This document shows, piece by piece, positions 24,250-34,803 of a stretch of 43,081 nucleotides of DNA; position 1 is the stretch's first letter; every line of letters begins with the position of its first letter. This stretch comes from Octopus bimaculoides (Eukaryota). Location of the stretch: contig NC_068990.1 of the NCBI RefSeq assembly GCF_001194135.2, positions 40,960,172 to 41,003,252 of the forward strand, written 5' to 3'. The position numbers were made by a program, and so were the translations under genes. The notes under the pieces are model-generated. The model saw only the letters and a list, made by a program, of their open reading frames with translations, was not told where the DNA came from and did not search any database.

Positions 24250-24900
24250 TGGTGGTTGTGATGGTTATGGTGGCAGTTAGGTGGTTCTGATGGTTGTGGT
24301 GGTAGTTGGGGTAGTTGTAATGGTTGTGGTGATAGTAATAGTTGTAGTGGTAGCTTGGGTGGCAGTGATTGCTATGGTGGTAGTAATGGTTGTGGTGGTA
24401 GTTGGGGTAGTTGTAATGGTTGTGGTGATAGTAATAGTTGTAGTGGTAGCTTGGGTGGCAGTGATTGCTATGGTGGTAGTNNNNNNNNNNNNNNNNNNNN
24501 NNNNNNNNNNNNNNNNNNNNNNNNNNNNNNNNNNNNNNNNNNNNNNNNNNNNNNNNNNNNNNNNNNNNNNNNNNNNNNNNNNNNNNNNNNNNNNNNNNNN
24601 NNNNNNNNNGGTGGCAGTGATGGCTATGGTGGTAGTTTGGGTGGCAGTGATGGCTATGGTGGTAGTTTGGGTGGCAGTGATGGCTATGGTGGTAGTTTGG
24701 GTGGCAGTGATGGCTATGGTGGTAGTTTGGGTGGCAGTGATGGTTGTGCTGGTAGTTAGGGTGGTTGAGATGGTTGTGGTAGTAATTGGGGTGGTTGTAG
24801 TGGTAGTATTGGTTGTTGTAACGGTTATGTTAGTATTTAAGATGGTTCCGATGGTTATGGTGGTAGTTGGGGTGGTTGTGACGATTGTGGTGGAAATGAT
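24250..24900. repeat. G/T-rich minisatellite with a 30-bp unit and a 96-bp higher-order duplication
   Basis: GTGGCAGTGATGGCTATGGTGGTAGTTTGG about 4 times at 24611-24740. A 96-bp period is seen at 24301/24397. Degenerate units continue on both sides. Interrupted by the gap at 24481-24609. Confidence 0.9.
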
Positions 24901-26060
24901 TAATAATGCTAGTGCTGATAGTGGTGGTGTTGGTGATGTTCACGGCAGTGGTAGTGGTTGTAGCGGTGACGGAGGTAGTTGTGATGGTATGACTAGGGGG
25001 AGATGGAGGTGATTACGGCGGGTGGTAGTGACTGTGATAATGGCGGTGGCATTTCTGCTGTTGTTGTTGTTGGTTGTAGTGGTAGTGGTGGTGGTGGTAG
25101 TGGTGGTGGTGGTGGTAGTGGTGGTGCTGGTGGTGGTGGTGGTGGTGGTGATGGTGTAGCTATTGTTGTGGGTAGTGGCATTAGTAGTGACGTATGTGAG
25201 GCACTGAGTGGTGTGGCACCATGGGGCAGAGACTGAAATATAGGGAGAGTGTTAAGGTTAGTGGGACAGGACATGGGAGGAGTGAACATAGATATCTCAC
25301 AGCATATAGTTTAGCGTGTTTGTGAATGTGTGCGTATATGCGTGTGTACATACATGTGTGTGTGTGCTCATATATGTGTGTGTGTCTAGAGTGAGGGCTA
25401 GTGGTAATAGTGGGGTGAAGTAGGAGGAGATTTGAATTATTGGTTTAGAAAATATGTCAACGTGATTTTTCATATACTTTTGGAATGCTAGTTTTGTGAC
25501 ATTAACCACCGTCAGTTTCTCTACCACACCACTGCACCACTCCACGTCATTCTATACCTCCCCATACTACATCCACAATGCTACATCAACCCCCGCACCG
25601 CACTGCCTCACCGAAAACAAAATAGAACCGAAGTTTATTCCATCACCTACTCCAGATGAAGGACTTTTCACATGGAGACTATAAACTTATAATGAAATCA
25701 CAATCCGGGCACTGCACACATCACATACGATGTTCATAGCATCCCACTAGAAACTGACTATACCACCCACTGCTCTATATCTGCCCCACAACACTTTTAT
25801 CTTCATAGAAGCAAACATAATTACCACTACCATAAACACTAACATTTATTATGTAGTCACAATTTACACCAACGCATACATTTTATGATTTCCACGAACA
25901 CAACGGCATCATAACTAGCACTGCTATTACAATTTCAACAAAATAAATCAGTCTCCTAATAGCTGAACTAGGATGCTCACCATGATGACAACAAGCAGAA
26001 ACACGATTGAATGTATTCCAGATCATTATGATAACAGAGTATACAATAATAAAAGTAAAA

Positions 26061-26390
26061 AGACCGTCTTCGGTCATGAATGACCATGGGATTGCACCTA
26101 GAAAGTTACCCTCGGAGATACAGTCCGGGCAAGGTTGGTTATGGAAGACCAAATGTTATCCATGCATACCAGCCTCTCCTCTCTACGCCATCGATATTAC
26201 CCAAAGGAAAGGTAAACGCCGATACAGCTTGGCACTAGTGACGTTGCAACTCATTTCTACAGCTGAGTGAACTGGAACAACGTGAAATAAAGTGTCTTGC
26301 TCAAGAACACAACACACAGACTGATCCGAGAATCGAACCTACTACTTCAATACTGTGAACCCGAAGCTCTAACCACTAAGTCATGCACCT
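26061..26390 (-). mobile_element. tRNA-derived SINE, family C, with a conserved central domain
   Basis: Minus strand shows an A-box TGACTTAGTGG, a B-box GGTTCGATTCT, then GTGTTCTTGAGCAAGACACTTTATTTCACGTTGTTCCAGTTCACTCAGCTGTAGAAATG. This resembles the central domains of CORE/Meta/V-type SINE superfamilies. The 3' tail is distinct and ends in T-rich repeats. Confidence 0.8.
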
Positions 26391-26876
26391 TCAAATAGCG
26401 AATTAAAACTTGAAATGAAAACATTGAAAAGAATATATATTAAATTGTCCTTAAGGAAAATAGAGGCAAGAGGGAGTGAGAGAGTTGCATATGAAACGGA
26501 AAATTTCGCCTGCAATGAATTAATATTGTTTCTTAAATCTACTCCGCAGTGAATGCAACGAATATTTAAATTTGTGAAAAACTTGTAGTTCAAATATTCA
26601 ATAAACTTCAGAAATCGAGATTACAGGAAATTTCTTGGAACATGAATTTATAAAAAGTTTCCAGACGGTCAAGCCTTTAACAATTGCTTTCTTTTAGTCA
26701 CTGTTAAATATCTAATTAATAAGCAGCTCTCTCCATTCTTATATAGATAGATGTAACAACAGACGCAACAACAATAGCTATAACAATAATTGCCATAGAA
26801 GCTAACGTAATAACAACACTTCTTACTAACCGATATATTTCAACTACTATTCATAATAATAATAAGAATAATGATT

Positions 26877-27530
26877 AATTCCTAATTTTAGAACAAGGGA
26901 AGCAATTTTGAGGAGCGGGGAACAAGTCAATTACATCAACCCCAATACTTGATTGGTACTTAGTTTATCTATCCAAAAGGAGGAAGAGCAAGTTAGACCT
27001 CGGCAGAATTTGAACTCAGAACGTAAAGACCCGAAAGAAATATCGTTAAGCATTTTATCCAGCGTGCTAACGATTCTGCCAGCTACCTGCATAATAATAC
27101 TAATTACTTCGAACTTTTAGCACAAGGTCAGACATTTTAGGAGGAGAGTCTTAGTTGATTACATCTACCCCGGTACTTGACTGGTGTTTCTTTTTTTTAT
27201 TTTAACGATCCCGAAAGGATGAAAGGCAAAGTGGAATTTAAACTCAGACCGTAAATAGCCAGAAGAAACGCTGCTAAGCATATTGGTTGATGCACTGACA
27301 TCTCTCCCAGCTAACGAACTTATATAAGGGTTTCTAATTTAAGCACGAAGCCAGTAATTTTGAAGAGAGAGGATTAATCGATTCCAGTAACCCAGGTCTT
27401 GAGTGGTACTTTAATTTATCGTACTTTGAAGGATTCAGGGCTAAGTTGACTTCAACAGAATTTCAACTTAGAATGTAAAAGAACTGGAAGAAAAATCATC
27501 TTCGCCTAAACTATTTTGTCAACCAATCTC

Positions 27531-27568
<38 letters not shown>

Positions 27569-28240
27569 CCTTCCTACTATAGGCACAAATCCTGGAATTT
27601 GAGGGAGGTGACTAGTCGATTACATCGATCCAGTACATGACTGGTACTTAATTTATTGATCCCGAAAGGATGAAAGGCAAATTTGACCTCGGTGGAGTTT
27701 GATCTCAGAACGTAGCGACAGGTGAAATACTGTTAAGCATTTTGCCCGGCGTGCTAACGATTCTGCCAGCTCGCCCCCTTAATAATAATAATCCTTTCTA
27801 TTATAGGTACGAGTCCTGGCATTTTAGGAAAGAAGGGTCAGTCGATTAGATCCCCCCCCCCCAGTACGCAAATGGTACTTAATTTATCGACTCCGAAAGG
27901 ATAAAAGGCAAATTCGACCTCGACGGAATTCGAACTCAGAAGGTGGTGACGGGCGAAATACTACTAAGCATTTTGTTCGGCACTCTAACGTTTCTGTCAG
28001 CTTGTTACCTTAATACTAATAATAATCCTTTCTACTATAGACACAAGGCTTGAGATTTGGGGTAGAGGGACTAGCCGATTACATCGACCTCAGTGTTCCA
28101 CTGGTACTTAATTAATCGACCCCGAAAGGATGAAAAGCAAAGTCGACCTGGGCAGAGTTGGAACTCAGAACGTAGTGACGGCCGAAATACCGCTAAACAT
28201 TTCGTCTAGCGTGCTAATGGTTCTGCCAGCTCGCCGCCTT
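26877..28240 (-). mobile_element. Head-to-tail array of six SINE family B copies
   Basis: Copies at about 26877-27090, 27091-27313, 27325-27500, 27532-27780, 27781-28011 and 28012-28240. All are on the minus strand; most junctions are short TAA-type runs. Confidence 0.92.
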
Positions 28241-28271
<31 letters not shown>

Positions 28272-28272
28272 C

Positions 28273-28369
<97 letters not shown>

Positions 28370-28390
28370 AAGAAGAAGAAGAAGAAGAAA
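28241..28390. repeat. Compound (AAC)n(AAT)n(AAG)n microsatellite
   Basis: Read directly. It is the source of the poly-N/poly-K ORF at 28130-28558. Confidence 0.95.
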
Positions 28391-29197
28391 AAGAAGGTGA
28401 TGATAATGAAGAAGAAAGACGCGGTGACGGTGGGGGAGAAAAAGAATAACAACAACATTAACAACACAGTCCACAAAAAAACACATTTCCTGGCCTCCTT
28501 CATCAGCCAAAACAAACAACAAAAACCAACAACGATAATAGCAACAACAATGCAGTGACCATAACAATGCATATTAGCATCCCCCACCCCACCAAATAAA
28601 CACGAAAACACACAATACAAAACACCAATATGCACCCCCCCCCCACCACCACCACAGCCAAAACCACCTCCATCAATAATTCTTCACTCCCAGCACCATC
28701 ACAACGACGACAACATCAAACAATAATGCCACCTTCATACCTCTCCCTCTCGCTCCCCAATAATTAATTTGACCTCCGGTGGACCTTGCACTAATCCATT
28801 ATAAGGAATATCTTTTGTCTTGTTTGTTCCTTTTTTTTGGGATTGAGGAAAATAATAAACGGAATGAAATATTGGAAAAAATCCACGAACAGCCGTTGGT
28901 TGTGGGTGGGTGGAGAAAAAAATACAGTGAAAAATGAATCGGAATAAAATAAATAAATTATAATCAATAGACCTTTTCTGAACCCTTATTTTTCCATGAG
29001 GTTCATTTTCTTTACTCTTGAAACCATGAAATTAGGGTTAATATTTAAATATGTAAAAACACATCTTGAAATATCAGTCTAGTTCTATTTAAAGTGCAAT
29101 AACAGAGATGTGTACACTATTTATAAATTCAAGAAACTGTCATTTAAACATATGCAATATATTTTAGGATTTTTCCATTTGGCCTACATATCTGATA

Positions 29198-29454
29198 TAT
29201 TACTGCGCAGTACACACTATGGCCTATATTAGCGCTATATTATACATTATGGCTCATATAACGGCTCAGTACATACGATAACCTATATTAGTGCCATAGT
29301 ATTGCACAGAACATAAAATAGCCTATATAACTGCTCAGTACACACCATAGCCTGTATTATTACTATATAACTGCTCAATAGACATGACCTATATTACCAT
29401 TGTATAACTGTTCAGTGCACTCTATGGCCTATAATACTGCTATATAGCGTTATA
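29198..29454. repeat. Degenerate ~40-bp minisatellite
   Basis: Recurrent TATAACTGCTCAGTACAC..TATGGCCTATATTA units. Confidence 0.7.
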
Positions 29455-29834
29455 GTGGAGGCGCAATGGCCCAGTGGTTAGGGCAGCGGACTCGCGGTCA
29501 TAGGATCGCGGTTTCGATTCTCAGACCGGGCGTTGTGAGTGTTTATTGAGCGAAAACACCTAAAGCTCTACGAGGCTCCGACAGGGGATTGCGGCGAACC
29601 CTGCTGTACTCTTTCACCACAACTTTCTCTCACTCTTACCTCCTGCTTCTGTTAAGCCTGTAATTCAAAGGGTCAGCCTTGTCACACTGTGTCCCGCTGA
29701 ATATCTCCGAGAACTACGTTAAGGGTACACGTGTCTGTGGAGTACTCAGCCACTTGCACGTTAATTTCACGAGCAGGCTGTTCCGTTGGTCGGATCAACT
29801 GGAACCCTCGGCGTCGTAAGCGACAGATTGCCAA
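29455..29834 (+). mobile_element. tRNA-derived SINE, family A, full length
   Basis: GTGGAGGCGCAATGGCCCAGTGGTTAGGGCAGCGGACTCGCGG...GGTTTCGATTC head with A and B boxes. Matches 773-1130 and 10298-10673. Confidence 0.92.
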
Positions 29835-29904
29835 CAATCATTTCTCAGTAGACCAAATTTGTTAAACCAATCAATATACCATTCTGAAACAGCCCTTTAG
29901 TATA

Positions 29905-30335
29905 CTAGTCAGGGGTCTTCTACATGGTCAGTCAACCTGTCAGAAATAGTGGTCAAATCTCCTTAACATCACACCCGATAGTCTGATTTAAGGAAATATC
30001 AAATAAAGTAGTTCTGAATTTTCTGGAGATAAGAAAATGACGTGATAGCTACGACTGAAATGTTTTTGATCATAGGTCTACTCGTTAGGGTTGACCTAGG
30101 GCTAAATAACATCATCGACAATTATACTAACATAATGAGTCGATGAGCAAGCCCGTGTGTCTTTGCTGCACTTGCTAGAAATACAAGCCAAACATCCACC
30201 TATTGATTTGAATAGAGAAACGACACATTTCATATGGTAGACCTACCTATCGCTCAAAGACTGGAAACTACAAAAAGACTCGGTTCGTAGTTCAGCTCAA
30301 TTGTGGTTAATTTGGAGCTAAACAACAACAACAGA
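29905..30335 (+). mobile_element. Two decayed copies of repeat family D (3' end with CAA-type tail)
   Basis: Both show (C/G)TAGAAATA....CAAA followed by ...GCTAAA(T/C)AACA. The same motif order recurs at about 42430-42635 (+) and 39690-39770 (-). Confidence 0.55.
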
Positions 30336-30499
30336 CGCAAGAAAAGAATGACAACATTCTTCGTTAGCGTTGTTCCGTGTTGTATTGCAAACCGGGCCGT
30401 CATTAGACGCCCTAAGTAGTATATCAGTTTTTTTTCCTCTACATAGCACAGTGTAGCTGGTTCTCAAAGAGTGGGAGAGATAGAGAGAAGAATGCCTCC

Positions 30500-30640
30500 C
30501 AGGATTTGAATGGTTTTTTTATTTATTTGATCCTCGTAAGTATGAAAGGCAAAGTTTACTGCGACGTGATTCGAACTCAGATCACAGGGAACGGGAACAA
30601 ATACATCAAGGTAACCTATCCGACAACTCTATCGATTTTT
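30500..30640 (-). mobile_element. Decayed SINE family B fragment
   Basis: TATGAAAGGCAAAGTTTACTGCGACGTGATTCGAACTCAGA. Confidence 0.65.
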
Positions 30641-31390
30641 ATAGGAAAATAATATTTTTGAGAGACACTGGTAATAAATAAATAATTTTCTAAAAAAAGC
30701 GTAATAATATAAAAGTTCAAATTACCCACAACGTTGATACATCTTAGTATATGATAAGACTATCTTGTTGATCTAAAACCTTGAACTAAACAGAAAAAAT
30801 ATAGTATGAATAATTAAAGGTATTAATGATCGTAATGGTGAAAATAATAGTGATAATAATAATGATTTATTTATTAGTGAATAAAAAAATATATAAATTT
30901 ACTACATATTAAAAATAAATTAAATATGTATGAATGTAAACAAAGGTAATGTAAAGTTATTCAGGTCAACGAAATTATGTATAAATGATTTAAAATGTAA
31001 TTTAAATCTGAATGAATATGAAAGCAAATGTGATTTGATTTTATACTCAGTGTCCAAAAACATAATAAGTTTGAGAATGTTTATAATTGAATATGAAATA
31101 CAAGATATGACATAAATATACCACACTTACACATGCAGATAACATACATCATAGAGTTACCTGATTTTGCCGTCGATTCCTAGATTTTAACTAAACAAAT
31201 TTGACCTAAAACGTATGATCTGTCGTTTTCAAATCGAGACACGCCCCAGTTTTGTCGAAAGATTAGCAGATTTACAATACAAACCCATGAGAAATATAGA
31301 ATATTAATATAACACCCGTTCAAAACAGTTTGGTTTCTAACATTAATTTTTCACGTCTTTTCATGTTTTTTAAGCACATTATGTAGACAA

Positions 31391-31955
31391 CGTAAACATT
31401 TACTGTTCAATTTTAGTTTATCGATCATTAAAAGTGTAAACATTTATTTACCGTTCAATTTTAGTTTATTGATCACCAAAAGTGTAAATATTTATTTTAT
31501 TGTTCAATACTTCTTTATTGATCACTAAGCGTATAAACAGATATTTACAGTTCAAATTCAGCGCAGTAATAACTAAAAGTATAAATTTTATTTACTGTTA
31601 AGTCATAGTTTAATAATCACTAAGCGTGGAAACATATTTACAGTTAAATACTAGTTTACTGATTACTAAACGTATAAACATTTCAGTTACTGTTCAATAC
31701 TAGTTTATTGATTACAAAAGATATGCACATTTTTTACTGTTAAATACTAATTTACTGATCACGAAAGGTATACACATATAGACATTTGTTTCCTAACATT
31801 CAATACTACTATATTGATTACTAAAGGTTTACATATTTTATATACTAGTGTACTGGTTATCAAAATCATAAACATTTCTTTACTGTCGAATACTAGTGTA
31901 ATGACCACTAAATGTTAATATTGACAGTTTAATCCTAATTGATTAAAAATATACA
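31391..31955. repeat. Diverged ~47-48-bp minisatellite, about 12 units
   Basis: Approximate consensus AAACATTTATTTACTGTTCAATACTAGTTTATTGATCACTAAAAGTAT. Units are contiguous, with no unique spacers. Confidence 0.85.
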
Positions 31956-32000
31956 GTTGCCTTTACCTTCCGTCTTTATTCTAATCATTAATAACTGATG

Positions 32001-32441
32001 ATTCTTAATTAAGCACAATGCCAACAAATTTGAGAATGAGGGTTACTCGATATCATTGACTTCAGTATTTCACTGATATTTTATTATAGAGGTTTTTAAG
32101 CCTCTACCCACCTCATGGCCACGTAATATCCTCAGAGCCCCCAGCCTTATTTTTATGTATTAATAAATATTTTATATTTCACTAATTTATATATACTGTG
32201 TCATTTGATATTTGATATAATATATAATTTGTATACAATACTATAATGATATAATAAATTCATAGCGTCCCCCAATTCACTACCTTCCTCTCAACGCATC
32301 CTTTTTCTCTACCCCCCCCCCCCTTAGGCACCAGCGCCAACCTGAACCATCTCAACGCCCACCGAGGGCGGTAGGGCACATTTTGAGAACCTATGCGTTA
32401 TTATAAATCAACCCTGAAAAGATGAAAAGCAAATGTGACCG
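32001..32441 (-). mobile_element. SINE family B 3' portion, split by a MITE
   Basis: Removing 32087-32403 rejoins ...CACTGATATTTTATTA to TAAATCAACCCTGAAAAGATGAAAAGCAAA, which is contiguous family B sequence. Confidence 0.75.
32087..32395. mobile_element. hAT-type (Charlie-like) MITE, 309 bp
   Basis: Termini TAGAGGTTTTTAAG and (reverse complement) CATAGGTTCTCAAA resemble CAGNGGTTYTCAA hAT ends. 8-bp TSD TTTTATTA (32079-32086) and CGTTATTA (32396-32403), both with central TA. Confidence 0.75.
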
Positions 32442-32497
32442 ATAAAAATATGCATTGTTAAAATCTAGTTTATCAATCAGTGAAGAACATTGCAATA

Positions 32498-32715
32498 TTG
32501 ATTCCAAATTTGGGCACAAGGCCAGTAATTTCGAGGAAGAGACAAATCAATTACACTGACCCCAGTACATGTCTGGTACTTATTTTAACGACTTCGAAAG
32601 GACGAAAGGAAAAGTCGACCTCGGTGGAATTTGCACCCAGAGCGTAATGACGGACGACGAAATGTCGCTCACCATTTTGTCCGTTCTGCTGTCACTCCTC
32701 CCATCCCGCTGCCTT
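32498..32715 (-). mobile_element. SINE family B copy
   Basis: GGGCACAAGGCC...CTGGTACTTATTTTAACGAC...AAAGTCGACCTCGGTGGAATTTG...GCTGCCTT. Confidence 0.88.
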
Positions 32716-32749
32716 AAAGACATTCCAATATAATGAGTAAAATTGAGGC

Positions 32750-33115
32750 AGTAAGTCAGTTTTTCTTTCGACTTTACGTTCCTATTTCAAATTCCGTCAA
32801 GGTCGTCACTTCCTTTCATCCTTTGAAGTGTCGATAAAGTAAGTACGAGTTGAGCACTTGGATCGATGTAATCAACTAGCCTCACTCAAAAATTGCATGA
32901 GTTAATTGAAGTCGGCGAGCTGGCAGAACCGTTTGCAAGCTGGGCAAAATGCTTAGCGGCATTTCATCTGTCTGTACTTCTAAGTTCAAATTCCGCCGAG
33001 GTCGATTTTGCCTTTCATCCTTCGGGCTCGATAAAATAAGTACGAGTCAAGTACTGTAGTCGATGTAATGGTCTCCCCCTCTCCTCAAATACTACTGGCT
33101 TATATCTAAATTCAG
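32750..33115 (+). mobile_element. Two tandem SINE family B copies (partial 32750-32895, full 32909-33115)
   Basis: GGCGAGCTGGCAGAACCG...AATGCTTAGCGGCATTTC...GTTCAAATTCCGCCGAGGTCG. Confidence 0.88.
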
Positions 33116-33574
33116 ATACTCAGTTCGTTTTAAATTATTTCAAAGAATAGGTTGAATGTTTCAAATTCCAATGTGAGATTGAAGAAAAGGGTTCACGCGA
33201 TCGAATCGCTGCCAGAGTATCAGAGTAGGCTTGATAGAAAACATTTATAACTGAAATCTAAATACGAACACGTTAAAGTTATAACAGAACAAAGAAGAAT
33301 AAACAATTCAGTTCCAAGATGGATGCCACGTTATATCATCTGGTAAGCGATTTTCATTAATCCCTGCACTATTAGTTTTCCTTGGAGTAAAAGACTATAA
33401 ATATACATACCACTTGCGAGTTCACTTTTACCTTTACTTAGTTGTCAAATATTTTTTTCCCAACTATTATTACTATTATTGAAATTGTTTAACAGAAAGT
33501 GGCATCCATGCCGAAATTGATTTTTATTCATTTTGTTATTTTACTGAAAAGTGCATTGGATTAACTACATCACT

Positions 33575-33667
33575 AAACGTTTCAGGCAAAATGCTTAGCG
33601 GCATCTCATCCGGCTCTTTACCTTCTGAGCTCAAATCCTGAGCTCAAATTTGCCTTTAATCCTTTCA
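33575..33667 (+). mobile_element. SINE family B 5' half, truncated at the Tx1-like junction
   Basis: GGCAAAATGCTTAGCGGCATCTC...TTTGCCTTTAATCCTTTC, then an abrupt switch to LINE sequence. Confidence 0.75.
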
Positions 33668-34700
33668 GGAAATACATTGGCTGATGATACGCAGACATGT
33701 ACTATGGCTGTGACATTTTCCAGCATGTCCTTGACGGTGAGCAAGTGTGGTTGCTGTTTGTCAGACTCGCTTTTCTTTGTCGCTCGTCTCTGACTGAACT
33801 GCAGTCCTGGATCAAGCGTAGAACGAGGCAAGGTGCTCAGCAGCTAGAATGATGTCAGGTGCTCACAACAGATTGCCTGTCGGGCAGTGCAGTAGGCAGA
33901 AGGTCTACTTTAGCTTTCTTTAGAGTGTTCATTACGAGGAAGAGCAACAATGTTCTCGAGGAGACTCTGGATGTTGACTAGAATGATTTGGCTGGTTTGT
34001 TCCGGAGGACGTGGATATTTTATAGAGATCTTTGGCGTGACAGTGCTACCAAAGGGCATTGCAGATCTGAAATAAACTCTACAGGCATGGAAGTGCTGTT
34101 AGCCGGACGGACTACCCCAGATGCACACAAAGCCACGAAACTGCTCTGCACGAGCATTGCTGACTTATAATGTTATGTCGAATATTTGCTGACGTGTGAA
34201 GAACGGATCCGGCATTTGATTGAATCCATTTTGAAGATCCTCGCGCCACTTTCCTTTGGCTTGGAAGGACAATCATTGGCTATGTATCAGCTAGTCTTGG
34301 CAAAAAAGGTTGTGATGTAAACGAGACCGAAAAGACTAGTGACAGACACCTTTCTCTTAGGCCAAAGGAAAGTGAGTGTGGAGAAGAAAGTTTGATGAAA
34401 GGTGAATAACCATGGCAAAATGGGTGTGCTCTGAGCATGCGCCAGTAGACTGAGGAAGGGACATGAGTAGATAGCACTTGCCTTAGCGTTCAAGGTGACC
34501 ATAGTTTTGTGGAGTTACCACTCGGAAATCACCACCCCTTTTGCTTCTTTGTTTATCTTAATTTATCATTTACTCCCTTTCATGTACTCCACATTGTATC
34601 ATATCACTCTGTACCATCCTCGCTCTTTGTGTAGCCCCTTAGTGATTAAGAAAGGGATCATTCTTATTATGAAATAAAAGTAAAAAAGGGAAAAAGAATT
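33668..34700 (+). pseudogene. 5'-truncated Tx1/L1-clade non-LTR retrotransposon (ORF2 C-terminus and 3'UTR)
   Basis: Translation across stops: LDGEQVW..., TELQSWIKRR, SLA*QCYQRALQI*NKLYRHGSAVSRTDYPRCTQSHETALHEHC. This is a zf-RVT-like segment followed by a degenerate CCHC knuckle. A pyrimidine-rich 3'UTR follows, with AATAAA and an A-rich end at about 34673-34697. Confidence 0.75.
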
Positions 34701-34703
34701 CAT

Positions 34704-34740
34704 TCTTCTTCTTCTTCTTCTTCTTCTTCTTCTTCTTCTT

Positions 34741-34803
<63 letters not shown>
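34704..34803. repeat. Compound (TTC)n(TTA)n microsatellite
   Basis: Read directly from the sequence. Confidence 0.95.

Noticed and set aside
29455-29530. tRNA-like head with A and B boxes (also at about 1060-1130, 10600-10673 and 26320-26390)
   Set aside because: It continues directly into a multi-copy SINE body and has no complete cloverleaf, so it is not a tRNA gene.
31391-31955. CRISPR-like periodicity
   Set aside because: Units are contiguous and diverged, with no unique spacers and no cas genes, in a eukaryotic context.
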